From Aggregatilineales bacterium (GTDB lineage: Bacteria; Chloroflexota; Anaerolineae; Aggregatilineales; Ch27): a stretch of DNA of 64,000 nucleotides. The stretch lies in the NCBI GenBank assembly GCA_029976025.1, contig JARKNX010000021.1, positions 19,624 to 83,623 of the forward strand, written 5' to 3'. The notes under the pieces are model-generated. The model saw only the letters and a program-made list of their open reading frames with translations. It ran no database searches and had not been told where the DNA came from. Numbering within the stretch: position 1 is the stretch's first letter; each line of letters begins with the position of its first letter. Of the stretch, positions 8,978-19,007 are shown in pieces. The position numbers and the translations under genes are program-made.

Positions 8978-10300
8978 ATGGCCGAGCACATTCTGCTGCG
9001 CGATCTGGATATCCCCGACATTCGCCGCTTTGAGGTTTACACCCGCCACGGGGGCTACGAAGCCCTGCGCAAGGTCGTGACCACGATGACGCCGGATGAC
9101 GTGATCAACGAAGTCAAGAAGTCCAACCTGCGCGGACGCGGCGGCGCGGGCTTCCCCACCGGCGTCAAATGGAGCTTCATCCCCAGGCAGGAGCCAATTA
9201 AATACGTCGTGGTCAACGCCGACGAATCCGAGCCGGGCACCTTCAAGGATCGCCAGATTCTGGAAGGCAACCCTCACCAGTTGATCGAAGGCGCCCTGAT
9301 CGCGGCTTACGCTATCCAGGCCACCGCCATTTACATTTACTGCCGCGGCGAGTTCTGGGACCTGACCCACGCCCTGGACCGGCATATCGAGGACGCCCGG
9401 CAGGCCGGCTTTGTCGGGGAGAACATCCTCGATTCCGGCTGGTCGTGCGAGGTTCACACCCACCTGGGGGCGGGAGCCTACATCTGCGGGGAGGAGTCGG
9501 CGCTGCTCAACAGCCTGCAGGGGCTGCTGGGCCAGCCGCGCGTCCGCCCGCCGTTCCCGGCGCAAAAGGGCGGCGGCCTTTACTATGAGGCGACCGTGGT
9601 CAACAACGTCGAGACGCTGACCAATGTGCCCTGGATCATCAACAACGGCGCCGACGCTTACCTCCAGATCGGCACGCCAGAAAGCCCCGGCCCCAAGATT
9701 TACTGCCTGAGCGGGCATATCAACCGGCCCGGCAACTACGAGCTGCCGCTGGGCATCACCTTCCGCGAGCTGATCTACGAGCACGGCGGCGGCATCCCCG
9801 ACGACCGCAAGCTCAAGGCCATCCTGCCGTCGGGCGCATCAGGGCCGGTCCTGCCGGCTACGGACGCCGTGCTGGACACACCGCTGACCTACGAAGCGGT
9901 AGCCAAGATCGGCTCCACGCTCGGCTCCGCTTCGATCATCCTGATCGATGAGACGGTCAACATGGCCTGGGCGGGGAGCAAGATGACGCAGTTCTTCGCC
10001 CATGAGAGCTGTGGCAAGTGCACCCCCTGCCGGGAGGGCACGTACTGGTCGCGCCGGCGCTACGACACGCTCCTGGCCGGCCGGGCGGCGGAGAAGGATA
10101 TCGACATCCTGTCCGACGTAGCCGGGCAGATGACCGGCCTGACGCTGTGCGCGCTGGGCGAGTTCGCCGTGAACCCCGTCGTCTGGACGATCAAGCACTT
10201 CCGCCAGGACTATCTGGAGTACATCCAGCAGGCCGCGGCGGAGGAGAAGCCCGCTGCGCGCGGCAAGGGCAAGGCCGCCAGAGACGCCGCCGCGAGGTAG
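8978..10300 (+). CDS. nuoF: NADH-quinone oxidoreductase subunit F
   Basis: GRGGAGFPTG, NADESEPGTFKDR, GAGAYICGEE, ESCGKCTPCREG...CALG. Confidence 0.97.
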   Translation: MAEHILLRDLDIPDIRRFEVYTRHGGYEALRKVVTTMTPDDVINEVKKSNLRGRGGAGFPTGVKWSFIPRQEPIKYVVVNADESEPGTFKDRQILEGNPHQLIEGALIAAYAIQATAIYIYCRGEFWDLTHALDRHIEDARQAGFVGENILDSGWSCEVHTHLGAGAYICGEESALLNSLQGLLGQPRVRPPFPAQKGGGLYYEATVVNNVETLTNVPWIINNGADAYLQIGTPESPGPKIYCLSGHINRPGNYELPLGITFRELIYEHGGGIPDDRKLKAILPSGASGPVLPATDAVLDTPLTYEAVAKIGSTLGSASIILIDETVNMAWAGSKMTQFFAHESCGKCTPCREGTYWSRRRYDTLLAGRAAEKDIDILSDVAGQMTGLTLCALGEFAVNPVVWTIKHFRQDYLEYIQQAAAEEKPAARGKGKAARDAAAR

Positions 10301-10306
10301 CGGGCT

Positions 10307-13111
10307 TCACCCGGCCAGCACAGCCCGCGCTGTCGCAATAACCTCAGCATCGACGTTTGGGGCGCCCGCCAGCGCGTCGAGTTGCCGGCGCTGTTCGGCC
10401 AGCGCGCCAGCGGGTGAGGCGATTTCCACCGCCCGGCGGTAGGCGGCCAGCGCTTCGCCGGCGCTCTCCGCGCCCAGCGCCGCCAGCCCCGTCCGCGCCA
10501 GCCCCAGCGTGTACCACGCTTCATACAGGCTATCGGTCTTCGCCAGCAGCGCGGAAGCCCGTTCCGCCGCCTCCCGGAATGCGGCCAGCGCCCCGTCCCG
10601 ATCAGCCAGGAGCGCGCAAGCCGTGCCCAGCCCGGCGGAAGCGTGCAGGTTGTCTTCCGGCACATCCAGCGCCGTCGCCTCGCGGAAGGCATCCTGCGCG
10701 TCCGGCATGCTGCCCGCCGCGATCAGCGCCCAGCCGAGGGCGATCAGCCCCCAGCACTGCCCACGGGGATAGTTAATCTCCTGGTGGATGGCGACTGCTT
10801 GCCGCGCCAGCCGGATCGCCTCTGCCGTTTCCTCTAGAGCGAGGTAAGCGTTTGCCATCCCAAATAGCCGATGCCCCTCCCCGCGCCGGTCGCCGATCGC
10901 GCGGGCGATGGCCAGGGCATCCTCGTACTGCGCGATGGCGTCGCGGGGGCGGCCCAGGATGCGGTAGGCGATACCCAGGTTGCCCAGGTGAATGCCTTCC
11001 CCGCGCCGATCGCCGATCGCGCGGGCGATGTCCAGGGCTTGCTGGTAGAAGTCGATGGCGCGGCGGGTCTCCCCCAGGTCGCTGTAGGCATTGCCCAGGT
11101 TGCCCAGGTCAGCTCCCTCTCCCTGCCGGTCGCCGATCGCACGGTCAATGGCCAGGGCCGCCTCGTACTGCGCGATGGCGTCGCGGGGACGGCTCAGGCC
11201 TTCATAGTGCAAACCCAGTTGGGTGTGATTGTTCCCCTGTAACCACTGGCTGCTGAGCTTGCCCAGCAGCGCCTCGCGCAGAGGGACGGCGCGGCGGCTG
11301 TGGCCCCACAGCAGTAAATAATCGAAGTCTATGTCGTTCAGCAAGCGGCAGGCGGTATCGAAGTCCCCGGCAGCCAGGCGCTGCTCGAATTCGGCAAGCT
11401 GCGGCGCCAGGTCGTCGATCGTGCGCCACAGCTCGCGCGGCAGGCGGTTCTCGGCGTAATAGTCGGCGGCGCGCCGCGCCAGATTGGCGCGGGTGTAGGG
11501 CGCTGCCGGGGTGTCCTGCGGGGCTGATGCCTCCTCCGGCAGCAGGCGGTAGGCGTAATCGCGATCGATCGGGTGCAGGCTGTACAGGCCGCTGCGTTTG
11601 TCCAGCGTCACGTGGTGGTGGCGCACCAGCGCGCCCAGCGCGGCGGGGACATCCACCTCCGGCGCCCAGGGCGCCAGCAGGTACTCCACCGCAACCGGGT
11701 TGGCGGGCGTGTTCAGCACGGCCAGCGCCTCCAGCACGCGGCGGCTCCCTTCATCCAGGCGGCGGTAGGCTTCGCGCGCCAGTTTCTCGGTGACATGCTC
11801 ACCAAACAGGTCGTCGCGGGTCAGCAGGTCGGCGGGTGTCAGCGGCTGTTCTTCATCGGCCAGGATGGCGGCGATCAGCTCCAGCGCGCGGGGGACGCCC
11901 TGTGTTTTTTCCGCCAGGGCGCGCAGCACGTCCGGATCGCCGTCGCGCAGGCCGCATGCGCCGCCCGGGTCCAGGTCGCGCAGCATAGCCACCGCGTCCT
12001 CACCGGGCAGCCCTTCATCCAGGGGCAGCGGGCGGTACGCGCCGCGCCGGTCCGGCGGGACCGCCAGTTTCTCCCGCGTGGTGATCACGATCCGGGCGTG
12101 GCTGGGCGCGGCCAGGCAGACCTCCAGAAAATCGCGCAGGTCGGGGTCGGTAATCGCGCCGTTCGCGTCCAGCAGGTCTTCCAGGTTATCCAGCACGATC
12201 ACGTACTGGCCCTCGTCCAGGCGGTTCAGCAGGCGCCCTGTCTTCTCGCCAACTGTGCCGCCCGGCTCGCGCCAGATGGCGTCCAGCGCGTCGGCGCCGG
12301 CCTGGTCCAGCAGCCGCCCGACATCGCGAAAGATGCGGTCCACCGTCAGGCCGGTCTGGGCGGCCCCGGCGCGCGCGGTCAGGTAGACGACGCCGTCCAC
12401 GGCGGTCGCGTCGCGAGCTACCAGGTCATCCAGCACGGTCCCGGCCAGCGCCGTCTTGCCCATGCCGCCGCGCCCGATCACGGCGATCACGCGGGCGGCG
12501 GGGTCGATCAGGTATGCAGCCAGATCGGCGCGGGCCTTGTCGCGGTCGCGATAGTGGGGCGGGATGGGCAGGTAATTGACGCGGCGCTGGCGCGGGCGGG
12601 CGGCGCGCTGCTCAGCGTCGCGGGCGGCCTGCTGGCGCTGCGCCTCCATCACCGGTTCGATATGGGCCATCTTATCGGCGACGGCGGCGGGGTCGGCCGG
12701 TGCGGGGACGTCGATAGGCGGGTGTTTGCGCTTCAGGAACTCGATGAACCTGGCTATTCCACTGCTGAAGTTCTCGGAGAGGTCAACATGCTGGATGTTC
12801 CGCAGGCGAAAGGGCATCTCTTGCGGTTTCTCGAGGAGCAGCGTATACAGCGGGCGATTATCATCATCTAGAAACACGCTCCACTCGTCCATGCAGACCT
12901 TCGACGCCACCGAGTGAGACGAGATCACGAAGACCCCCAGGTTGGCGTCTTTGAGTGCCTGTTGAATGGCATGCTGCCAGTTGTCGCCGGGGTCGATGCC
13001 GCCGTCGCGGTGATCGACCCACATGTCGTAGCCTTCGTATTCAAGCTGGTCATGGATCATGTCGATGATTTTGTCGTCTTTGCTGCTGTGGCTGACGAAG
13101 ATCTTCACCAT
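10307..13111 (-). CDS. TIR-STAND NTPase-TPR (NLR-like) protein, 934 aa
   Basis: TIR (KIFVSHSSKD...CMDEW), Walker A GRGGMGKT, Walker B YVIVLDNLE, GVPRAL, 40-aa TPRs; true start probably ATG 13111, not 14188. Confidence 0.9.
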   Translation of the reverse strand: MVKIFVSHSSKDDKIIDMIHDQLEYEGYDMWVDHRDGGIDPGDNWQHAIQQALKDANLGVFVISSHSVASKVCMDEWSVFLDDDNRPLYTLLLEKPQEMPFRLRNIQHVDLSENFSSGIARFIEFLKRKHPPIDVPAPADPAAVADKMAHIEPVMEAQRQQAARDAEQRAARPRQRRVNYLPIPPHYRDRDKARADLAAYLIDPAARVIAVIGRGGMGKTALAGTVLDDLVARDATAVDGVVYLTARAGAAQTGLTVDRIFRDVGRLLDQAGADALDAIWREPGGTVGEKTGRLLNRLDEGQYVIVLDNLEDLLDANGAITDPDLRDFLEVCLAAPSHARIVITTREKLAVPPDRRGAYRPLPLDEGLPGEDAVAMLRDLDPGGACGLRDGDPDVLRALAEKTQGVPRALELIAAILADEEQPLTPADLLTRDDLFGEHVTEKLAREAYRRLDEGSRRVLEALAVLNTPANPVAVEYLLAPWAPEVDVPAALGALVRHHHVTLDKRSGLYSLHPIDRDYAYRLLPEEASAPQDTPAAPYTRANLARRAADYYAENRLPRELWRTIDDLAPQLAEFEQRLAAGDFDTACRLLNDIDFDYLLLWGHSRRAVPLREALLGKLSSQWLQGNNHTQLGLHYEGLSRPRDAIAQYEAALAIDRAIGDRQGEGADLGNLGNAYSDLGETRRAIDFYQQALDIARAIGDRRGEGIHLGNLGIAYRILGRPRDAIAQYEDALAIARAIGDRRGEGHRLFGMANAYLALEETAEAIRLARQAVAIHQEINYPRGQCWGLIALGWALIAAGSMPDAQDAFREATALDVPEDNLHASAGLGTACALLADRDGALAAFREAAERASALLAKTDSLYEAWYTLGLARTGLAALGAESAGEALAAYRRAVEIASPAGALAEQRRQLDALAGAPNVDAEVIATARAVLAG
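10878..11200 (-). repeat. 120-bp intragenic tandem repeats encoding TPRs
   Basis: cgccgatcgc recurs at 120-bp spacing; 10921-10948 is identical to 11161-11188. Confidence 0.85.
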
Positions 13112-13159
13112 CAGCGGGCCTGTCCTTTTCTGTGCGGGAAGCGGCGTGTTACTGGCGGT

Positions 13160-13168
13160 ATTATAGCA
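13160..13168 (-). promoter_or_regulatory. Extended -10 (TGcTATAAT) for the NLR-like gene
   Basis: Consensus match ~50 bp upstream of ATG 13111. Confidence 0.6.
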
Positions 13169-13360
13169 CGGAGAGATCGCTTTCATGTGTGGCCGGGCTT
13201 CCTCTCCCTCCTGCCGGATGAGCGCCCCCGGACCAGCGCCCGCGATCCCCACAGACGCCTTCTCCCCCTCACGCCTATCTGGCGTATACTGAGGGCGGGG
13301 GAGCACCCCCGCGCAGCATCGCAGGCATATACCGGAGGGTGGTTGGAGAGGGGCGTACCC

Positions 13361-14419
13361 ATGAATCCACGAGAGCGGATACAGGCGGTCCTGCGCGGGG
13401 AGCAGCCGGATCGCGTCCCCCGCACGGTCAACTTCTACCCGTGGTCCTTCCCACAATACCCGGACCGTGAGGCGGGCGAGCTGTTCGACTGCGATGTCCG
13501 TTTTGTGCGCATCGAGCCGCCGCCGCGCCAGGCCGAGTTTCTGAGCTACCTGCGCTCCCTGCCACGCGACTCCTATATCGGGACGACCGATATCCTGCGC
13601 ACCTACCACGACTGGGGCTACCACCCGGAGATCGAGCGGGACGCTCCCCTCGGCGACGCCCACACCATCGCCCAACTGGCCGCCGCGCCGCTCCCCGATT
13701 TTATGGGGCGGGCCAACCCGGGCCGGCTCCAGGCCGCGGTGCGCCGCCTGCACGCCCGGAACTACCCGGTCATGGCCGCGCCGCCCCATCTGGGGGGCGA
13801 ATTGTTCGAAACAGCCTGGCGGCTGCGGGGCTTCGAGCAGTTCATGGTCGATCTGGTGGAAAACCCGCCGCTGGTGGAATACCTGCTGGAGCAGCTCACC
13901 GCGCTGCACGTGGCGCTCTCGCTGGCGCTGACGCGGGCGGGCATCGACATCCTGGCCCTCGATGACGACGTGGCCGAGCCGACGCAGATGCTGATCAGCC
14001 CGGATATGTGGCGGCGTTACTTCAAGCCGTGCGTGCGCACAATCATCGAGGCTTGCCGCGCCGTGAACCCCGACCTGTTCATCTTCTGGCACAGCGATGG
14101 CTTCATCGAGCCGATCATCCCCGACCTGATCGAGATTGGCGTGAATGTGCTCAACCCCGTCCAGCCGGATGTGATGGACCCCGCCCACCTCAAACGCGCT
14201 TACGGCGACCGGCTGGCCTTCTGGGGCACGGTTGGCACGCCGCAGCGCTGGGCCTGGGGCACGCCGGACGAGATACGCCAGGAGGTCCGCGAGCGGATCG
14301 CCACCGTCGGGGCGGACGGCGGGCTGATCCTCAGCCCGGCTTACGATCTGGAGCCGGAGTTCCGCTGGGAGAATGTGGTCGCCTTCTTCGACGCCATCGA
14401 CCGGTGGGGGGCGTACTGA
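13361..14419 (+). CDS. Uroporphyrinogen decarboxylase / MtaA-CmuA family protein
   Basis: MNPRERI..RGEQPDRVP, AWRLRGFEQFMVDL, FWHSDG, LNPVQP, GTPDEIRQEV. Confidence 0.88.
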   Translation: MNPRERIQAVLRGEQPDRVPRTVNFYPWSFPQYPDREAGELFDCDVRFVRIEPPPRQAEFLSYLRSLPRDSYIGTTDILRTYHDWGYHPEIERDAPLGDAHTIAQLAAAPLPDFMGRANPGRLQAAVRRLHARNYPVMAAPPHLGGELFETAWRLRGFEQFMVDLVENPPLVEYLLEQLTALHVALSLALTRAGIDILALDDDVAEPTQMLISPDMWRRYFKPCVRTIIEACRAVNPDLFIFWHSDGFIEPIIPDLIEIGVNVLNPVQPDVMDPAHLKRAYGDRLAFWGTVGTPQRWAWGTPDEIRQEVRERIATVGADGGLILSPAYDLEPEFRWENVVAFFDAIDRWGAY

Positions 14420-14464
14420 AACGGCCTCCCCCGGCGCCGCGGCGCCGGGGGCCGCGACGGCGCG

Positions 14465-15313
14465 CTACACCGCCAGGCGGGGGTACAGCCGCGCCCCGAT
14501 CGCAATCAGGACCGCCGTCACCGCGAACAGCACCACAAGGTTGACCAGCAGCAGCGGCGTAACCGGCTGCCCCAGCATCAGCGTGCGCAGGACGTTCACC
14601 AGATACGACAGCGGATTGATCAGGGCCAGCACCTTCAGCCATTCGGGCATGATCGTGATCGGGTAGATGGCGTTGCTGGCGAAGAACAGCGGCATTGTCA
14701 GAAGCTGACCGATGCCCATGAAGCGCTCGCGGGTCTTAACCAGACAGGCGATGATCATGGAGAAAGTGGAGAAGATCGCCGACCCCAGAATCACGGCCAG
14801 CAGCACCCCCAGCAGGGCCAGCGGATTCCAGTTGATGTTCACCCCCAGCAGGGCCGACAGGATATAGACGATGATCGCCTGTGACAGCGCCCGCACGCCC
14901 GCCGAAAGCGCCTTGCCCAGCACCAGCGCCGTGCGCGGCGTCGGGCTGACCAGGAGCTTGTGGACAATGCCCAGATCGCGCTCCCAGATCACCGTGATCC
15001 CGCTGAAGATGGAGATGAACAGCACGCTCTGGGCCAGGATGCCCGGCGCCATGTAGTCCAGATACGACAGATCGCCGGTCGGGATGGCGCGGATGCTGGC
15101 GAATACCTGCCCGAATACCAGCAGCCACAGCGCCGGCTGCACAGCCCGCGTCAGCAGCTCAGTCGGGTCGTGGCGCAGCTTGCGCGCTTCCAGTTCCGCG
15201 ATGACCAGCGTTTTCTGCACAAAGCGGAGCGAAGCGCTGAAGATGCCGATTGGCCTCAGCAGCGCCGCGCTATCCAACTCGCCGTGCGGTACGCCTTGTT
15301 CTTGCAGTGTCAC
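14465..15313 (-). CDS. ABC-2 (DrrB-like) exporter permease
   Basis: YLDYMAPGILAQ, IWERDLG, PLFFASNAIYP, NPLSYLV; start GTG 15313. Confidence 0.9.
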   Translation of the reverse strand: MTLQEQGVPHGELDSAALLRPIGIFSASLRFVQKTLVIAELEARKLRHDPTELLTRAVQPALWLLVFGQVFASIRAIPTGDLSYLDYMAPGILAQSVLFISIFSGITVIWERDLGIVHKLLVSPTPRTALVLGKALSAGVRALSQAIIVYILSALLGVNINWNPLALLGVLLAVILGSAIFSTFSMIIACLVKTRERFMGIGQLLTMPLFFASNAIYPITIMPEWLKVLALINPLSYLVNVLRTLMLGQPVTPLLLVNLVVLFAVTAVLIAIGARLYPRLAV

Positions 15314-16070
15314 GGTACGATCCTCCTGATTCCAGGCTGCTGCCCGAATAATGAATGAAAACGTCGTCCAGGGTGACTTCGTCGCCGCCAATGGAGGCCT
15401 TGAGCGACTCCGGCGTGCCGGAAGCCACCTCCTCGCCCAGGTGCATGATCACGATGTGGTCGCACAGATTGTCGGCCTCTTCCATCATGTGCGTGGTCAG
15501 GAAGATGGTGGTGCCGAACTCCCGGCCAAGCTGCTGGACATGCTCCCAGACAGCGCGGCGGGCGATCGGGTCCAGGCCGACGGTCGGCTCGTCCAGGAAG
15601 AGCACGGCGGGCCGGTGCAGCATCGACTGGGCGATCTCCAGCCGCCGGATCATGCCGCCGGAATAGGTGCGGACCAGTTGATCTGCTGCGCCGTCCAGCC
15701 CCATGAAGGCCAGCGCCTCCCGCACACGCGCTTCGCGCTCCTGGCCGGGGAGATCGTACAGCTTGGCCATGATCAGGAGGTTCTCGTAGCCGGTCAGCGT
15801 GCCGTCGGCGGAGAGCATCTGCGGCACGTAGCCGATCAGGCGCCGGATCTGGGCGGCGTGACGGGTGATGCTCAGCCCGGCGATGATGGCGTCCCCGGCG
15901 GTGGGGGGGAGCAGGGTGGTCAGCATCTTGATGGCTGTGCTTTTGCCCGCGCCGTTGGGGCCGAGCAGGCCGAATACCGTGCCGGCCTCGACGGTGATAT
16001 TCAGATTCTTGACGGCGACCAGATCGTCGAACTGCCGTACCAGATTGTGCGTTTCCAGGATAGGGGTCAT
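15270..16070 (-). CDS. ABC exporter ATP-binding protein (DrrA-like)
   Basis: GPNGAGKS, YSGGM, LFLDEPTVGLD. Confidence 0.93.
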   Translation of the reverse strand: MTPILETHNLVRQFDDLVAVKNLNITVEAGTVFGLLGPNGAGKSTAIKMLTTLLPPTAGDAIIAGLSITRHAAQIRRLIGYVPQMLSADGTLTGYENLLIMAKLYDLPGQEREARVREALAFMGLDGAADQLVRTYSGGMIRRLEIAQSMLHRPAVLFLDEPTVGLDPIARRAVWEHVQQLGREFGTTIFLTTHMMEEADNLCDHIVIMHLGEEVASGTPESLKASIGGDEVTLDDVFIHYSGSSLESGGSYRDTARTRRTARRVG

Positions 16071-16552
16071 GGGCGTTGGGAGGACTCCGGTGAGTCAGGC
16101 GTAAAAGCGCGGGACAAGATATGCATGGCGTCGGAGACGGCGGCGCATTCCTCCGGGGAGAGGATGGCCAGGTCCTGGGCCAGGCGGGCCAGCGTCGCCT
16201 GGCGCGTGTTATGCAGCGTGTCGTGCCCGGATGCCGTCAGCGCCAGGGTGAGGCGGCGGCGGTCATCCGACGCTACTTCGCGCGTCAGCAGGCGGCGCCC
16301 GACCAGCGTATCGATCAGCTTCGACATGGAGGGCAGGGTCAGCCCGACGTGTTCGGCCACGTCGGAGAGCGACGCGCCCGCGTTGCGGCTGACGTAGTTC
16401 AGCGCCCGGAACTGCGGCACCGACAGGTCCGGCGACCGGTGGCTCCTCATCTCGGTGCGGAGAGTCCGCATGATGGTGGGGACGATTTCCATCACCAGGG
16501 AGGCGCAGTGCTCGATTTGCGCTTGATTAGTTGCTTTCTCTAATGGTTTCAT
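16067..16552 (-). CDS. MarR family regulator, probably leaderless
   Basis: LSVPQFRAL, DDRRRLTLALT winged helix; TATACT lies 6 nt before the ATG. Confidence 0.9.
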   Translation of the reverse strand: MKPLEKATNQAQIEHCASLVMEIVPTIMRTLRTEMRSHRSPDLSVPQFRALNYVSRNAGASLSDVAEHVGLTLPSMSKLIDTLVGRRLLTREVASDDRRRLTLALTASGHDTLHNTRQATLARLAQDLAILSPEECAAVSDAMHILSRAFTPDSPESSQRP

Positions 16553-16725
16553 AACCGAAGTATAGCGCCCTGCGGATGGATGCGCAACAACTTCGGGGGT
16601 GAGAAGCCGGGGAAAGGCAGCCGGGAACGGGGCGGGCGGGGGGATATTAGGCTGCGGGGATGCACGCTGGCGGCGCCCGGCTGACCGGCGGCCGGAGTGC
16701 ATCCCCGTTCCGTTGCGAGGCGTCG

Positions 16726-18702
16726 CTAGGCCTGCTTGCCCAGCACGTAGCGGTTCATCCAGTCGAGGAGCGCGTCGTTATGGGCGCGGCGCAGGGGCGG
16801 CGGGCCGACGATAGAGCCAGCGTGCGGGCTGGCCGGCAGCCGCAGCATTTCGGCGACGCAACCGTTGGCTTTGAGCACGGTGTAGAACTGCTCGGACTGC
16901 TCCGGCGGGCAGCGCCAGTCATGCTCGCCCTGCACCAGCAGCGTCGGCGTCTTGCACCGGTGGGCGTACGTGATCGGCGCGCAGCGGGCGTATACGTCCG
17001 GCACTTCCCACGGGTGGCCGCCCAGCTCTTCCACGGCGAACCAGGCGCCGATATCGCTCACGCCGTAGAAGCTCACCCAGTTGGTGACGGGGTTCTCCGG
17101 CACGGCGGCTTTGAAGCGGTCGGTCTGGCCGACGATCCAGCAGGACAGGTTGCCCCCGCCGGAAAGCCCGCACACGCCCAGCCGGTCCGGATCGGCCAGC
17201 CCCTGAGCGATGGCGTAGTCCACGCCGGCCATCAGGTCCTTGTAGTCCAGGTTCCCCCAGTCGCCCTGGATCGCCGTGGAAAATTCGTCGCCGTAGCCGG
17301 TGGAGGCGCGGTGGTTGATCAGCAGCACGGCGTAGCCCGCGCCGGTCAGCATCTGGGTATCGAAGTGGAAGACATGGCCGAACGCGCCGTGCGGCCCGCC
17401 GTGGATGTACAGGATGGTCGGGTAGGGCGGCTTGCCAGTCGGTGGCTTCACCAGCCAGCCCTCCACCTGCACCCCGTCGCTGCCGGGGAAGAGCAGCCGT
17501 TCCACCCCCGGCTGGAGCAGCCCGGACAGCGGCACGGCGTTGATTTCGGTCAGGCGGCGCTCTTCGGCCTTCTTGATATCGCAGGTGTACAGGTCAACCG
17601 GGTTGTGCATGGTGCTGACGGCGTACAGGAGTGACGTGCCGTCGGCGCTCAGATCGAGCAGGTAACACGAGCGTTCCCCCGTGACGACCGGCTCCCAGGC
17701 TTCCGCGCCGTGCAGCGCGACCCGGTAAATGTGAACCTCGCCGCCGTCCTGAACATCGACAAAGGCGAACTTCCCATCGCTGCTGATGGGCAGGCTCATC
17801 GAATAGAGCATGGTCGGCATGTCGGACTGCAGCCCGCCGCCCACGCCGACCTTGAGGCCAGCCGTGCGGCACTGCGGCTTGCCGCCTTTCGCGCTGACTA
17901 TCCACAGGTCCTGCTTGGAGCCGATGGGGCGGCGGGGTTCTTCGCCGGTGAAGGCGATATGCTTGCCGTCCGGGGTCCATCCAGCGGCGCCGATCATGCC
18001 CCAGTCGTCCAGCAGATCGCGGATGCCGCCGTCGATCACATCGACAATGCGCAGTTTGGGGGCGAATGCCCGGAGCGCGTCCGGCAGCATGGAGGCGAAA
18101 TAGAGAATCTGCTTGCCATCGGGCGACCAGCTCGGGTTGGCGTTCATGGCGAGGTCGCTGGTCAACTGGCGGGCTTCGCCCCCTTCGGCGGAGATGACGT
18201 ACAGGTCCTGCACGACCGGGTCCAGGTAGCCGATGCCGTTGAAGCGGTAGACGGAGCGGGTCACGCGGTACGGCTTGGCCGGATCAGGGGGGTCGCTCTG
18301 CGGGCCGGCGGTGAAGGCGATATGCCCTCCATCAGGCGACCAGACCGGGCCGCCCCCCACGCCCTGCTTGAGCGCGGTGAGCGCCCGCGCCTCGCCGCCG
18401 TCAACCGGGATCAGGTAAATCTGCGGCTTCTCCCCGCGCGTGGAGGTGAAGGCGATCTGCCGGCCATCGGGCGACCAGGCCGGCGCGGAGTCCTGCGCCG
18501 TGCCGCTCGTCAACTGGCGCGCCTCGCCCGTTTCCAATGATAGCAGCCACAGCGCGGCGAAATCCTGATCTTTCTCGGTATCGGTATGGGAAACGGCATA
18601 AACGACGTGCTTGCCGTCCGGCGACAGTTTGCCGGCCTGAATGAACTTGAGGCGGAACAAATCTTCCTTCTGAACAGCGCGAGGCTGTACTGCCTGGGAC
18701 AT
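16726..18702 (-). CDS. S9 family acylaminoacyl/dipeptidyl peptidase with PD40 propeller
   Basis: WSPDG repeats, IHGGPH, GLSGGG, GEHDWRC, SPH triad. Confidence 0.93.
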   Translation of the reverse strand: MSQAVQPRAVQKEDLFRLKFIQAGKLSPDGKHVVYAVSHTDTEKDQDFAALWLLSLETGEARQLTSGTAQDSAPAWSPDGRQIAFTSTRGEKPQIYLIPVDGGEARALTALKQGVGGGPVWSPDGGHIAFTAGPQSDPPDPAKPYRVTRSVYRFNGIGYLDPVVQDLYVISAEGGEARQLTSDLAMNANPSWSPDGKQILYFASMLPDALRAFAPKLRIVDVIDGGIRDLLDDWGMIGAAGWTPDGKHIAFTGEEPRRPIGSKQDLWIVSAKGGKPQCRTAGLKVGVGGGLQSDMPTMLYSMSLPISSDGKFAFVDVQDGGEVHIYRVALHGAEAWEPVVTGERSCYLLDLSADGTSLLYAVSTMHNPVDLYTCDIKKAEERRLTEINAVPLSGLLQPGVERLLFPGSDGVQVEGWLVKPPTGKPPYPTILYIHGGPHGAFGHVFHFDTQMLTGAGYAVLLINHRASTGYGDEFSTAIQGDWGNLDYKDLMAGVDYAIAQGLADPDRLGVCGLSGGGNLSCWIVGQTDRFKAAVPENPVTNWVSFYGVSDIGAWFAVEELGGHPWEVPDVYARCAPITYAHRCKTPTLLVQGEHDWRCPPEQSEQFYTVLKANGCVAEMLRLPASPHAGSIVGPPPLRRAHNDALLDWMNRYVLGKQA

Positions 18703-18779
18703 CAGCAGCTCTCCTTAGGGTGGTAGGCGATTCATCTGGATGGCACAGTCCGGTTGAGTATAGCCGGTTTCGCGGAGAG

Positions 18780-18942
18780 TGGGAGGTGGGGAGTAGGGAA
18801 AAGCAGGGAACCGCCAGACGCCAGGGACGCCAAGAAAAGCAGGAAATAGGCGGTGGGGAGCAGGCAGTAGGGGGCTGGTGGTGAGGAGTGATTCCAACCG
18901 ACTTCGATACACTGCCGTGGCGGAGGTTGGAGACCTGCCAAC
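18780..18942. repeat. Cluster of short degenerate repeat motifs upstream of hicBA
   Basis: ggtggggagtaggg / ggtggggagcaggcagtaggg; aaccgccagacgccagggacgccaag; ggcggaggttggagacctgcc palindrome. Confidence 0.5.
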
Positions 18943-19007
18943 AATTTTAGGTTACAGTAGTAGCAGGAAGCGAAGGTGCGTGTTTCGGGAGCAAAGGAGC
19001 GGGAGCC

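Noticed and set aside
10878-11200. CRISPR array or DGR template/variable repeat
   Set aside because: The repeats are in-frame 120-bp TPR units with no spacers; no cas or reverse transcriptase gene in the window
13112-14188. 1293-aa version of the NLR-like ORF
   Set aside because: The extra N-terminal part is the antisense shadow of the UroD-family gene; a promoter and the TIR start point to ATG 13111
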